Shown here piece after piece: positions 1 to 12,981 of a DNA stretch of 64,000 bases. The DNA is taken from NCBI RefSeq assembly GCF_018350175.1, contig NC_058369.1:24244001-24308000 (forward strand). The letters run 5' to 3'. The notes under the pieces were generated by a model. That model made no database searches and was not told the origin of the DNA. It saw nothing but the letters and a program-made list of their open reading frames with translations. This DNA is from Felis catus. Lineage: Eukaryota. The position numbers and the translations under genes are program-made. How positions within the stretch are numbered: position 1 is the stretch's first letter; the number at the start of each line of letters is the position of its first letter.

Positions 1-127
1 ACATTACTATACAGGAACAATAAATGTTTGCTGAAATGCCTGTCTGAAATCATATAATGTAGGCATTGTTTACAAAATTATTTTCATTTAAAGCTATGCT
101 CCACCATGTCATCAAGAGCTCTTTATA

Positions 128-130
<3 letters not shown>

Positions 131-175
<45 letters not shown>
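131..175. repeat. (AC)n microsatellite
   Basis: Perfect dinucleotide run of about 22 units. Confidence 0.98.
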
Positions 176-181
<6 letters not shown>

Positions 182-1419
182 TCAAGGTGCAAACCCATTA
201 ATAACACTTATAATCAGTTATTCAAATTGCAAATGAGGTCAAAGCTTCTGTGCCTTCTGACACATACCAACTACATTCATTACAGATCCCCCAAGTTAGA
301 TTTAGCACTGAAATAGTAGGAATAGTAGGATTTATACTCTTTATTTTTGTATCAAAGAAATAATATCCTCTGTAAAATAAAACAAAAACAAAAACAACCT
401 AGTGTGCTTATTTTAGGGAAAATGAATTTTATTTCTATTACTTATCAATTCTTCCCCTCTTGGATTACTCATTGAGACAGTACTTTCATTTGTATAGAAT
501 TATCAAAACCCAAGGGATGAGGTAACAATGTGGGGCTGAAAAATGGACAAGTAGGCAGTGATATAGTACAATAAGGTGAAAGGATCTGTAACAGCCAAAA
601 GGAGATGGACATTTCCTGTGGACAAAAATAAGTATGGAGGGGCCAATTGTGGACAATGGCACATATCTCAGAGTTTTGGAGACTGGAAAAAATACCATGC
701 ATTACTGCTCCTCAAACTTTTCCATCAAAGTATCCCTAAGTAAACTAAAGGAGTTACAAGTATCCCTCCAAGCATGGGGAAGATAGCCCAAAGCATCCTC
801 TCCATAACCCCCAAGCAAGAAATTTCTTTAAAGTATATTGTTTTACTTTAAAAATGTGGCTACAATTTTTATTCTGTATCCATGTTTCTCTAGCATGAAA
901 ATATTGTTTTAAGTCATTTACCATAATGTAAAATTGATATTCCAGAAGAGTAGCCACATTTAACCTACACTTTGTGTCCAGCATGGTACCGTATCTCCTA
1001 ACGTGGAAGTATTGAGTGATCCTTTTGGGAAGCACAGATGAATGTAGAGTACCCAACACAAAGATTAGTATATAACAGGCCCTCAATAAAGTGGATATGT
1101 TGTTATTATTATTGATATTGTTGTTACCCCAAGCAAAAGATCCTGGGACATTGAAAAAATATAGAATAAGCCACACAAATGTGGTTAAGACAACAAGAAA
1201 ACTTTCAAGGAGCTACACTGTACACAGAGCAGAGAAGAGAAGCATAGGGCATCCTGCTGAAGGGAGTTACAGTAAATATTTTCCTTTGAATTCAGGCAGT
1301 TTTGCAAAGGAAACTATGTCCCCAAAGTCTTCACACAGCCCCTCAAACAAACTCTTTAGTCTCTTGAGGCTCCCATGAATGGGACTATCAGCATAGTTCA
1401 TTTGTTTTTCCAGACTCAC

Positions 1420-1560
1420 CTCTTTTTCAGTCAGTTCAGCTTGTAAAGCATTGACCTTCTCTTTCAGGTCTTTGTTCTCTTTTCGGAAAGATTCTATTTC
1501 TTCTAATCTTTCTCGATCATCTCTCTCCCGCTGTTCTTTCAAACGCTCAATTATTCTCTC
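1420..1560 (-). CDS. ERC2: ERC2 internal coding exon, 141 nt, phase 0/0 (ERIIERLKEQRERDDRERLEEIESFRKENKDLKEKVNALQAELTEKE)
   Basis: Overlaps ORF 1267..1542(-). Acceptor ttttttaacacttgtctcaaag|GAG, donor GAG|gtgagt. In frame with the previous exon (...ALSEK|ERIIE...). Confidence 0.97.
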
Positions 1561-2709
1561 CTTTGAGACAAGTGTTAAAAAAGAGGAAGTGAGAAACCAT
1601 CAGTGTGTGTGTGCTAAGGCATGCTACAAAAGGAAATGGGAGGCAATAAATGTAAGAAATGCTCTATATGAATCAACACATGCAAGATAGTCTAAATTGG
1701 GTTTGTTATGCACATATAACAGCATTTGGGAAAGATAATCAATATGGCTTTTGGCTTACTAATAAAATTTAGCATCACAGCGTTGCAAGGGACTTTAATG
1801 TTCAAGCTCTGAGGCTGTTTTGGTCCATGGCAGTACTTGGAAAATTCTAAAAGCAGTTCCAGAAGATGGAGGTTTAGGCACCATGACTCTAGACTTACTA
1901 AAGCCTTCAATGGACAAGTGGAAGAAGTGAAACTAACTTCTTGGTTCAACCCTCTTTGCTTGGCTTTTCCATTTGATATCAAAAAAACTTCCTTGGTTTC
2001 TGAAGACTCTTCTCTGGCTAGAAAGGGGATCTGAGTGGAGCAAGATCTAGGCCCTCTAGGGGTCTGAACTCATGCTGAGAACCAGAGACAAAATAAAGAA
2101 TGAGCTCACTGTTGTATAAGTGATTTTATAATGTGCCTGGAAATGTTCACTTTCCTCCACATTTTTTCGATGTCTTCTTGGCAATCAGTAGAGACTCCCC
2201 AAATATTGCTTGAATTTGACCAAGCTCAAACAGCAGCTTTCCCTTACTGAAAGCTTACTACATGCTAGGCACTGTGAAGTGCCCTTCTCCATCTAGGCAT
2301 CATCACAACTGTGGGGTCTGAACCCCCCGTGCTACTAGTAACAGTGTAGTAGTGAGAAACCCAGACCAAGGACCAGCTAATTCATCCAAGGTGACCCAGC
2401 ACATAAACAGAAGGCACACCCTGGCATTCAGGGCTCTCTGAGTCTTAGCCATGTCCATAAGACCACAATGCCACAAACATATGCATAGTGTCATTTAAGA
2501 AGATCTGAGCACCTTGCTGCTCTTGACTTATATACTGAAAACACTACTCTGGTAGACATGTTTTCCCAAAATTTGGAAACTTACCAATATCAGAACAAGA
2601 ACCTTATTCTTTTTAAGTAAAATTCCATTTGGGCAAGATTGAGTTAGATTTCTGAAATTTGTTTCAAATTATCCAACACATATCTGAACTTTCTTTTGGA
2701 CGGCAATTA

Positions 2710-5001
2710 TTTTTTTTTAATTTAAATTCAAGTTAGATAATATACAGTATAGTCTTGGCTTCAGGGGTAGAACCCAGTGATTCATCTCTTAATATGATAC
2801 CCAATGTTCATCCCTAAAAGTGCCCTCCTTAATGCCTCCATCACCCATTTAACCCATCTCCCACTCCCCCTCCAGCAACCCTCAGTTTGTTCTCTGTATT
2901 TAAGAGTCTCTTATGGTTTGCCTCCCTCTCTGTTTTTATCTTATTTTTCCTTCCCTTCCCTATGTTCATCTGTTGAGTTTCTCAAATTCCACATACAAGT
3001 GAAATCATATGATATCTGTCTTTCTCTGACTTATTTCTCTTAGCATGATACACTCTAGTTCCAACCACGTTGTTGCAAATGACAAAATTGCATTCTTTTC
3101 ATTGCCAACTAGTATTCCATTGTGTGTGTGTGCAACACACACACACACGCATACACACACCACAACTTCTTTATCCATTCATCAGTCAATGGACATTAGA
3201 GGTCTTTCCACACTTTGGCTATTGTTGATAGAGCTGTTATCATTGGGGTGCATGTGCCCCTTCGAATCAGCATTTTTGTATCGTTTAGATAAACTCTTAA
3301 TAGTGTAAATGCTGGGTCATAGGGTAGTTCTATTTTTTTATTTTTTGAGGAACCTCCATACTGTTTTCCAGAGTGGTTGTACCAGTTTGCATTCCCGCCA
3401 ACAGTGCAAAAGTGTTCACCCTATTTCCACATCCTTGCCAACATCTGTTGTTTCTTGAGTTGTTGATTTTAGCCATTTTGACAGGTGTAAGGTGGTATCT
3501 CATTGTGGTTTTGATTTCTATTTCCCATTTGAAAATGAATGGTGTTGAGCATCTTTTCATGTGTCTGTCAGCCATCTGCATGTCTTCTTTGGAAAAGCAC
3601 CTATTGATGTCTTCTGCCCACTTATTCACTGGATTATTTGTTTTTGGGGTGTTGAGTTGGTAGTTATTTATAGATTTTTGGATACTAACCCTTTATCTGA
3701 TATGTCACTTGCAAATATCTTCTCCCATTCCATCGGGTGCCTTTTAGTTTTGTTGATTGTTTCCGTTGCTGTGCAGAAGCTTTTTTTCTTGAGGAGGTCC
3801 CAATAGTTCATTTTTGCTTTTATTTACCTTGCTTCCAGAGACATGTTAAGTAAGAAGTTGCTGCGGCCAAGGTCAAAGAGGTTACTGCCTATTTTCTCCT
3901 GCAGGATTTTGATGACTTCCTGTCTCACATTTAGGTATTTCATCCATTTTGAGTTTATTGTTGTGTATGGTATAAGGAAGTGTCTAGGCTCATTCCTCTG
4001 CATGTCGCTGTCCAGTTTTCCCAGTGCCATTTGCTTAAGAGACTATCTTGTTTCCATTGGATACTCTTTCCTGCTTTGTCAAAGATTAGTTGGCCATATG
4101 TTTGTGGGTCCATTTCTGGGTTCTCTATTCTATTCCATTGATCTGTGTGTCTGCTTTTGTGCCAGCACCATACCATCTTGATAATTACAGTTTTGTAATA
4201 CAGCTTAAAGTCTGGAATTGTGATGCCTTCAGCTGTGGTTTTCTTTTTCAACATTACTTTGGCTATTTGGGGTCTTTTGAGGTTCAATACAAATTTTAGG
4301 CTTGTTTGTTCTAGCTATGTGAAGAATGCTGGTGTTACTTTGATAGAGATTGCATTGAATGTATAGATTGCTTTGGGTAGTATGGACATTTTAACATTAT
4401 TTGTTCTTTCAATCCATGAGTATGGAATGCTTTTCCATTTGTTTGTGTCTTCTTCAATTTCTTTCATAAGCTTTCTATAGTTTTCAGTGTACAGAACATT
4501 TACCTCTTTGGTTAGGTTTATTTTTAGGTATTTTATGGTTTTTGGTGCAATTTTAAATGGAATCAATTCCTTGGTATCACTTTCTGCTGATTCATTATTG
4601 TGTATAGAAATGCAATGGATTTCTGTACATTGATTTTATTTCCTGCGACTTTGCAGAATTCATGGATCAACTCTAGCAGTTTTTTGGTGAAGTCTTTCAG
4701 GTTTCCCATGTAGAGTATCATGTCATCTGTGAAGAGTTAAAGTTTGACTTCTTTCTTGCCAATTTGAATGCCTTTTATTTCATTTTGTTGTCTGACTGCT
4801 AAGGCTAGGACGTCCAGTACTATGTTGAACCATGGTAGTGAGACTGGACATCCCTGTCATGTTCCTGATCTTAGGGAGAAAGCTCTAAATTTTTCCCCAT
4901 CAAGGATGATATTAGCTGTGGGCCTTTCGTATATGGCCTTTATGAAGTTGAGGAATATTTCTTCTATGCTTACTTTCTTGAAGATTTTTATCAAGAAAGG
5001 A
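2710..5001 (-). mobile_element. Carnivore L1, 3' part (ORF2 C-terminal half, 3'UTR, poly-A), non-inverted segment
   Basis: T-tail at 2710. Minus ORFs give ORF2 peptides ([49 protein letters not shown]) with frameshifts. Confidence 0.95.
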
Positions 5002-5467
5002 AATTGAATCAGTTATCAAAAATCTCCCAACAAATAAGAGTCTTGGGCCAGATGGCTTGCCAGGGGAATTCTACCAGCCATTTAAAGCAGAGTTAATATC
5101 TATTCTTCTCAAACTGTTCAAAAAAAATAGAAATGGAACAGAAACTTCCAAACTCATTCCATGAAGCCAGCATTACCTTGATTCCAAAACCAGACAAAGA
5201 CCCCACTAAAAAGGAAAATTACGGGCCATTATCCCCGATGAACCTGGATGCAAAAATTCTCAACAAGATACTACTAAATCGAATTCAACAGTACATTAGA
5301 AGAATTATTCACCATGATCACCAGGACTCATTCCTGGGCAGCAGGGCTGGTTCAATATTCACAAATCAATCAATGTGATATGCCACATTAATAAAAGAAA
5401 GGATAAGAACCATATGATCCTTTCAATAGATGTAGAAAAAGCATTTGACAAAATACAGCATCCTTTC
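4997..5467 (+). mobile_element. Inverted 5' segment of the same L1 (ORF2 Z/RT region)
   Basis: ORF 5133..5378(+) [43 protein letters not shown], followed by [19 protein letters not shown] sequence ending at 5467. Confidence 0.93.
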
Positions 5468-7499
5468 TGGATAGTGATCCTTAAAAAATACTGGTGCAAC
5501 AGCTACTTTTAAGGATCCTGATATTATCTTTTATATGCTTATAAGTACATAGTACAAGACAAGGCCTGATACATAAGACAATGTAAAACAGTATGTGGTG
5601 CAGAGGGAAGTTAGTTTGAACACTTAGCCTGTGATTTAAGGTCCCCCAGGGAAGCAACTGTTCTACCCCAATGACAATAATTTATGTACTTAATGCTTTC
5701 AAGGAAAAAAAGAAGTATCATTATTGTTTTGCAATTAGTTAAAAACACTTTAAAATGAAGTATATTATTACAACAGTGGAGGTGGAAACAGAACAAATCA
5801 GTCTACTAATTGCCTACATTTGTTTCTTCTTGATTCCAGTTATAGTCCTATTTCACTCTGTCTGTGACACTGGTGAGTGGATAATTATGGGATCTATAAA
5901 AGAAGACACTGGCCTCAGTGCACAGGAAGTCTCTTAAGGGCTTTTAAAAATTTCGGCAACTGAGCCCTTACTGCCTTATGCCTACACTTACTGCAAAAGC
6001 ATCACAAATGGTCACCCAGCTACCAGGCCCTCTCCATCCCATCATTTCCACCATATGGGACGTTGGAGTGACATTTTTTTAAAGTCCCAAACTGACTATG
6101 TCACTTCACTATTTGGAAGCCTTCCCAAGAATCACTCCTGCCGGATCATATGGCGTTTATTCCCACTCGGCACCCTTCATGTGGTTTTACTGCATGTCCA
6201 TTCCTCCCAGCCCAGCTTTCCAAAGAAGGCACTCAACTCCTGTGAGTCTTTTAACCCATGGCTGGGCAAACTGTCTGGCATGCTGGAGGCACGAATAAGA
6301 AGTCAAATTAGGGATCATCTTAGCTTCAAAGGAAGGGAAATAAAATTAAGTATACGTGTTAACATCCAGAAGGTGTCAGAGTCATTTGGTAAGTAGGTTG
6401 ATTCACTCTAACCACTTTTACTATTGACTGGGCATTGATGACAAAAAAAATCAGCAAGCACTATAATGTTTTTAAGTGTTATTGATGATTCAATACTACG
6501 AAATATTTCTCCGTCAATCACAAAACTAATTTAACTGTCAGCCACGCAGGGCCAGATGTCAAAAACATGTGTTAAAAGGCCCTAATATGCCATGATCTAC
6601 TTGATTAACAACTAACTTGCAGAAATTCCAACAATGTGTTCTTGTTTTAGTCTTATTTGCATTGGCAAGTGTTCCTTGTGCACTCATCTGGCTCTGCACG
6701 AATCTAATCTATTTGTGCTTTATCACTGAGCGGGAACTGAATTGCAGTGGCCTCCGGCTCTGTTATCTGCCTTTCTCAACTGCTTATCTGCTATATGGCT
6801 ACAGCAAACTTGGCAAGACCAGCTTTATAAATACTGTGGGTTCCGTCTCTTGAGCTTCTGTGTGTCAATCCTAGAACTATGTCATACTCAATCTTAACTT
6901 GCTAAATGGCATTATTTTTTTGCACTGTGAATATGTATATAAGTTCCTGGAAACTAAAAGGAATAACACAGTTCCCACAACGTCACAACCCAAGTGGAAT
7001 GGTGAATAGTGCCTAATAGGTTCTATTTATCAGCCAAATGACAGCAAATAATTAGATGCTCTATGAGTCCAAAAGTTTTAATTAATCATTTTATTTTTTG
7101 TACCATCTTGTTCCAGGGGGTCTGTTCAATTAAATGTGGATAAAACTGAATGAACCTTGTGAGGGAAGGGCCAATAAAGGTGATTGTGATGTTGTCAAAA
7201 GCACAATTATCAGGTTTGAATTTCAGTCCCATTCCATCACCCATGAGCTGAGTGGCCCTGGGATAGTCCAGGGGAGACAACAAAGTCCCAACCAAGGGCC
7301 AACTTAGATTAGAAGTGGTTTCCTGGAGTACTGGGTTCAGAAGTTAGCATAGGCCATGCCATGGTCTGTCCATGACATAGCCCCAGGACCCAGAAATGGG
7401 GAATGGTGCTGCACCTGTCCAAAATTTTCATCTCTGGGCAAGTCATTTCACCTCATTGAGCCAATTTCCCATCTTTAAAATGGAAGAGGATGGGTTTGG

Positions 7500-7685
7500 T
7501 ATTTCTTAAGGTGTGGTCACCTGACCACTTTCATCAGAATCACTGGGCATGCTTGTAAAAATCATAGGTTCCTTGGCCCCAGAGCAAAGCAACTGAATCA
7601 GAATCACTAGGAAATGGGACCCAGGAAACTGTTATTTGAAGAAGCTCCCAATTGGATGTCATACGTAAGTGATGAATCACTGGGT
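7500..7685 (+). mobile_element. MER5A-like hAT-Charlie MITE, with a MIR fragment immediately upstream (~7430-7490)
   Basis: ttcttaaggtgtggtc...catcagaatcactggg...actgaatcagaatc...gggacccaggaaactg resembles the MER5A consensus. Confidence 0.7.
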
Positions 7686-7740
7686 TCTACTCCTGAAGCC
7701 AAGACTGCATGGTATGTTAACTGACTTGAGAATTAAAAAA

Positions 7741-7788
7741 GAAGAAGAAGAAGAAGAAGAAGAAGAAGAAGAAGAAGAAGAAGAAGAA
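7741..7788. repeat. (GAA)16 perfect trinucleotide repeat
   Basis: 48 nt of uninterrupted GAA after an A-run. Confidence 0.98.
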
Positions 7789-9199
7789 CCCTAGACGATA
7801 AGAATATTTGGATACAAAACAAAAGTTCGATACCCACTGGGATAAATACTTAAAAGGAATCTACTATTCTTCGACCCATGACAGAGAACCTTGACAGTTC
7901 CTATCCAATGTTTTTATCTGTGCTTATCAAATACACTAATATCCTGATTTTAGCACCTTTTAAAAATTCCCTCCATATAAATTGATCTGTGTTTGCTTGT
8001 ATTCTTCAATACTGTGAAAATCTACAAGTCAGATGCAAATAAGGTTTGAAAACTAAGAGCTCACAGGCCAAAGCTGGCCCACATCATATTTGACTTGAGC
8101 ATCATAATACTTTAATGTATTATGTGAACTTGAATGATCTGAGGCAGGTCAAAGACTCCGCAGCTCGCCACAGTTGCCAGCAATTCTTACTGTCTCACAC
8201 CAAACCCTCTTCCCTCATTTTTGTTCCCTATCTTGCCCTTCAAGGTATCTAACTACTCAACTCCTCATGTATTGCCCAAATCAGATTTCATGTACTTCAG
8301 ATTCTGGATCAGCAGACTGATTAATTATTATCAAGGTAGTTCCACAGACAATGGAACTTAGAGGTCAGCAAATTTTGAAAATAAGGCACTAAGAGAAGAG
8401 GCTTGCCCCACGGGAGGCAATAACTCTCAAGTGGTGGCATGGGTTTGAGGGGGGTCAGACTCCCACAGACCTCAGCCTTCCTTGCAGTCATCCCCTTCTT
8501 CTCAAAGGAGGTGCTTAGATAAAAAGAGTAGTTTCAGATTTGGAAATTGTTTGGGGATTTAAACTAGAATAAATCTAATCTTAATAGGGCCGGTGGAAAA
8601 AATGATAAAATCCTGCCAAGAATCCACGATATGAAAAAATTATATGGTATATGTTTATGTAAAGTTACAGAAAGAAATTGAGAGGTAGTAATGGACTGAC
8701 ATCATATTACTCAAAACTGCAAACAGAATACATAATCATTAATAGTTTTTAGACCAATTCACTCATTCAAATGTTTTACAAACAAAATTACTACAGAGTT
8801 TTGGTAATAAATTCTTGAAAATATTAAAAAGAATATTTTTCCTGAAAAATCATCTTATTTATTCTTGTAAGTTTTCAAATTAAATCTGTATAATTTAATA
8901 TTATAAATGTGACAATGTTATAATTTCTTTCTAGCCACAAAAAGAATTAGATCATCTTTTTAGCTTCTCTATTTTTTTATATACTGCAGAGGCTAGACTA
9001 GAGTGTACATCACAATGATTCAAGGAACTTCCTAAAATAAAGAATCCCAAGCCCTTTCAAGGTTCTGATTTAGTAAGTATAGATGGAACCTAATAATTTA
9101 GATTTTCAACAGGCAACTCCTGGTGATTCTGAAGCAGAAGTCAAAGAAGGCTTCTTTAAAATACATGGCTTAAAAAACCTGTGGCCATTTAAACTAATG

Positions 9200-9980
9200 C
9201 CTCCCATTACACAAATTTGAGGTACTGAGAAAGGCAGTTACCTGCCAAGGTCATCCAGTAAGTTAGTGGCAGGGCTGAGACTGGCTCCTAGGTCTCCTTC
9301 CACTTGACCTTATTACATCAGTTTATAGACTATGATAATGCGGAATATAGAAGACAGGCAGTCTAGCTCTCAAAGTCCACATCCCTGACTACTGTGCAAT
9401 ACAGCTTCTCAGGAAGCTGAACTCCCATAAGGAGATGAATTAAATCTCCAGGAAGTAAAGAACATTCTAGGCTAGGTAATTGGGTATGAAAAGGGTCTGA
9501 GGCAGGAGGGAACATAGTGGACTTGAACATTTAGAAGGCCAGCATAGCTAGAATACAAAGAATGAGGAAAGACAGATGGGGATGAGGCTGGAAAAGAAGG
9601 AAGGAAAGAAGGGAAGAAGGAAGGGAGGGAGGATACAAGGGAGAAAAGGAAAGAGGAAAGAAGGATGGGAAGGAGAGAAGAGTAAGGCAGGCAGAGAGGT
9701 AGATGACCAGGTATGAGCCAGATCAGATGAAGCGATGGACTATATAGGCCAGGTTAAGGATTTCAGTTTTTACCATCCTAAGAAAAGTAACAAGCTAGTG
9801 AAGGTTTTCAAGCAGGGCCAAATGTGATGTAATCAGGTTTGCATTTCAAGGATCTCCTGGCTTTTTTAATGTGCCAAGTCTACTGAGGAGGGCTAACATG
9901 GCAGTGGGAGGTCCAGCTGGGACTGGGGGTAGTGAGAGCACATAGAGAAAGGCAGGCACATTTAAATACATTTAGATCAC
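9200..9980. mobile_element. MIR fragment (~9200-9310) and degraded L2 fragment with a purine-rich tract (~9420-9980)
   Basis: cctgccaaggtcatccagtaagttagtggcagggctgagactgg (MIR). aaagggtctgaggcagga, gaaggttttcaagcagg and aggtttgcatttcaaggatc (L2). Confidence 0.6.
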
Positions 9981-10018
9981 TTCCTCCCAACCACCCCCAT
10001 TATTCAGCCCAAGCTCAC

Positions 10019-10156
10019 CTTTTCTGACAAAGCCTCTTCTAGTGTTGCTAGTGCAGTATCCGTGTTACTAGAATCTGTCTGCAAGGACTTTACTCTGTCT
10101 TTCAGATTGGTTAGTTGCTTGTCTTTATCCCTAAGCTGTTCTTGCAAGTTTTCAAT
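10019..10156 (-). CDS. ERC2: ERC2 internal coding exon, 138 nt, phase 0/0 (IENLQEQLRDKDKQLTNLKDRVKSLQTDSSNTDTALATLEEALSEK)
   Basis: Inside ORF 10004..10354(-). Acceptor tttttattttcag|ATT, donor AAG|gtgagc. Continues the previous exon in frame (...VLQKK|IENLQ...). Confidence 0.97.
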
Positions 10157-12539
10157 CTGAAAATAAAAATTAACCATATTTAATGCATATTTTATTACAT
10201 ATCCAAGGACAACATTCCTGAAGTGGACCTGTTTTAAAAAATAGACCAAGGTTATGGACACCATCATCATTACAAGGTTACACTGACTTAGAATCAAGGC
10301 CATCTTGATGAGTCCTTCATCCTTCCATAATTCAACTTTATATTCAAATGGCAATACAGATAAGCAGACTACCTCTTTGTATACAGATGCAAGCCCTTCA
10401 GATATGTAAGCACTATTATTCCTATCCCTCCCACCAGACCTTTAAGTCTGAAGTCCATAACCTAATCTTCGTACAGTGTATCAGGGAATACATATGCAGG
10501 ATTTTTTCATTCAATGAAAAGACTAGTATTGGGCGTCCATTCTGCATTAAGCACCAGAATAATATAAGGCAGGACCTATGTTGTCGTCATTCACTCACTC
10601 CTGTATTCAGTATTAAACTTTGTGATATGCTAAATGTTGTCAAGTGGCTGTTTCAAAGTAACCACATGAAAAGCCAACTAGGTTATCATCAGTAGACTGT
10701 TAATGGGAAGAACTTGTGATATAAATCAAATGTAACAAGTACTACACACTCTATTTGGCAACTAAATCATGTGCTGGCAACCAACCAGCCACTTTTATCC
10801 ACTATCTGCAGCCTGAAATAAACACGCTAAATGGCTGATTATAACGCCTGCCCATGAGCAGCAGCAAGGACCTTTCCTGAGCATTGCGTACATTATCATT
10901 CATGTTTTTATTCTCTGCTTTCAAACCATGTATTTCTTATCTAAGGATTAAAAAAAAGCACTGTACAAACAATTTATTCATATTAAGGGTTTTAAAGTGA
11001 CAAGTAAAAAAAGCAGTACAACTCTAAGATAAGTCCATTCAAAATATTTGTACTCTGCACCCAGGCTTTCGCACGAAATCATTCCAAATGCATGTTTAAC
11101 AGTGTGTGACTTAAACAAATTTTTGGATTATTTGATTCATTCAGCATAAATCTGGAATAAGATACAAATAATGACAGAAGTTGCAGCAACAAGGAGGAGG
11201 AGAAGAGGGTGACAGTGGGAGTGGCCGTGGTAGTAGCATCAAAATATCTCTGAATGCAAAAACACTGACCTTGCTGACGCTCAACTGGCAGGACACAGGA
11301 CTTGGCTAATTTTTCCAATGGCTACAATCTATTTGAATGAACAGAAATGGACTTTTACCCCTCCCTCCCTCTCTCCCTTCCTTCCTTCCTTCATCTTCCC
11401 TCTCTCCCTACTTCTTTCCTTTTTTTTCCCCACCAATATATCTTTTCAATGAGACATGTTTTCTGCCTTGAGACAGACATCCTGGAAACTCAAGTTATAG
11501 GTCAAATAATTAGTCTCTCTTTCATCAAAATGCAATGTATTCCTGCCCACTGTGAGAATTCACTGTCCTTCCATGGAAAACACAGGAACTCAAAGGCATA
11601 ATCATCTGCAGTCAAAACAAAGGTTTCCTCCATTCCAGACAAGTGTTCATGTGGTTACACAATTCCATAAATAAATATGTGGGTGAACAAGAATATGGAT
11701 AGTTACATGTCAGGATGATACTCGTTATGTAAAAGAAGCTAACAGCTGAGAAGACTGGCTCTATGAGGAGACTGTGTGTTATTATTTTGAGTATGCCCAT
11801 ACCCACAGATACATCTGTGAACATGAAAATGTGTAAATCCATGGTGGTCCTAAACAAACTAATTAGGCACCCCCTGTCACTCTGGGAGACAGTGCCCTGT
11901 ACAGGACAGAGGACACCTTCCCTCAGGGCATCAGCCCTGGGGCAGTGGTAGGCACTGATTTCAAGGGACTTTGGGCACTGGAAATTGAGGCTGTAAGCCT
12001 GTGAGAGACTCCCTGGGGTCTCCCCAAATCACTGAGAGGACTGAAGAGGATTAGGGCTGGGGTCCTACCAGTATGCAGGTAATATAATAGCACTTGGTAT
12101 TTTATGGTTTTTTGATAATAGCCATCCTAATGGGTAAAAGATGGTGTCTCATTGTAGTTTTGATTTTCATTTCCCTAATGACTAATAATGTTGAGTGATC
12201 TTTCCATGTGCTTACTGGCCATCTGTATATCTTCTTGGGAGAAATGCCTATTCAAACGCTTTTGCCCATTTTTGAATCACGTTTGAGTTTTGTTGTCGAG
12301 TTTTAGGTATTCTCTGTATATTCTGCATATAAATCCCTTAACACATATAATTTACAAATGTTCCCTCCAATTCTGTGGGTTGCCTTTTCACTCTGCTGAT
12401 AATTCTTTTGATGCATAAATCTCCCCCTTAGTACTGCTTTCTCTACATTCCATATGTTTTGGTACATTGCACTTTTGATTTCATTCGTCTTTAAGAATTT
12501 TTCACTTCTTTTGTGATTTGTTTTGATTCATTCGTTGTT

Positions 12540-12734
12540 GTTTTTTAATATGAAATTTATTGTCAAATTGGTTTCCATACAACACCCAGTGCTCATCCCA
12601 ACAGATGCCCTCCTCAATGCCCATCACCCACCCCCTCTCCCTCCCACCCCCCATCAACCCTCAGTTTATTCTCAGTTTTTAAGAGTCTCTTATGGTTTGG
12701 CTCTCTCCCTCTCTAACTTTTTTTTTCCCCTTCA
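12540..12734 (-). mobile_element. Young felid L1 3'-end fragment
   Basis: tttattgtcaaattggtttccatacaacacccagtgctc. TSD attcattc(g/a)ttgtt at 12526-12539 and 12735-12748. Confidence 0.9.
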
Positions 12735-12764
12735 ATTCATTCATTGTTAACGAGTGTATTGTTT

Positions 12765-12941
12765 GGTGCACCTAGGTGGCTTAGTTGGTTGAGCGTCCAA
12801 CTCTTGATTTTGGCTCAGGTCATGATCCCAGGGTCGTGGAATCAAGCCCTGTGTCGGCCTCCACACTGAGCGTGAAGGCTGCTTAAGCTTTTCTCTCTCT
12901 CTCTCTCTCTCCCTCTGCCCCTCTCCCTTGCTCACATTGTC

Positions 12942-12980
<39 letters not shown>

Positions 12981-12981
12981 A
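12765..12981 (+). mobile_element. CAN-SINE (SINEC) with (TAAA)n tail
   Basis: tRNA-derived head, (CT)n tract, (TAAA)~10 tail. Confidence 0.92.

Larger units (their letters stand above)
1561..10018 (-). other. ERC2: ERC2 intron, 8,458 nt, GT-AG
   Basis: Bounded by the donor at 10018 and the acceptor at 1561. Confidence 0.9.

Noticed and set aside
1555..1566. NAGNAG tandem acceptor (aag|GAG) at the 141-nt exon
   Set aside because: A distal GAG acceptor is rarely used, and the peptide fits the proximal site.
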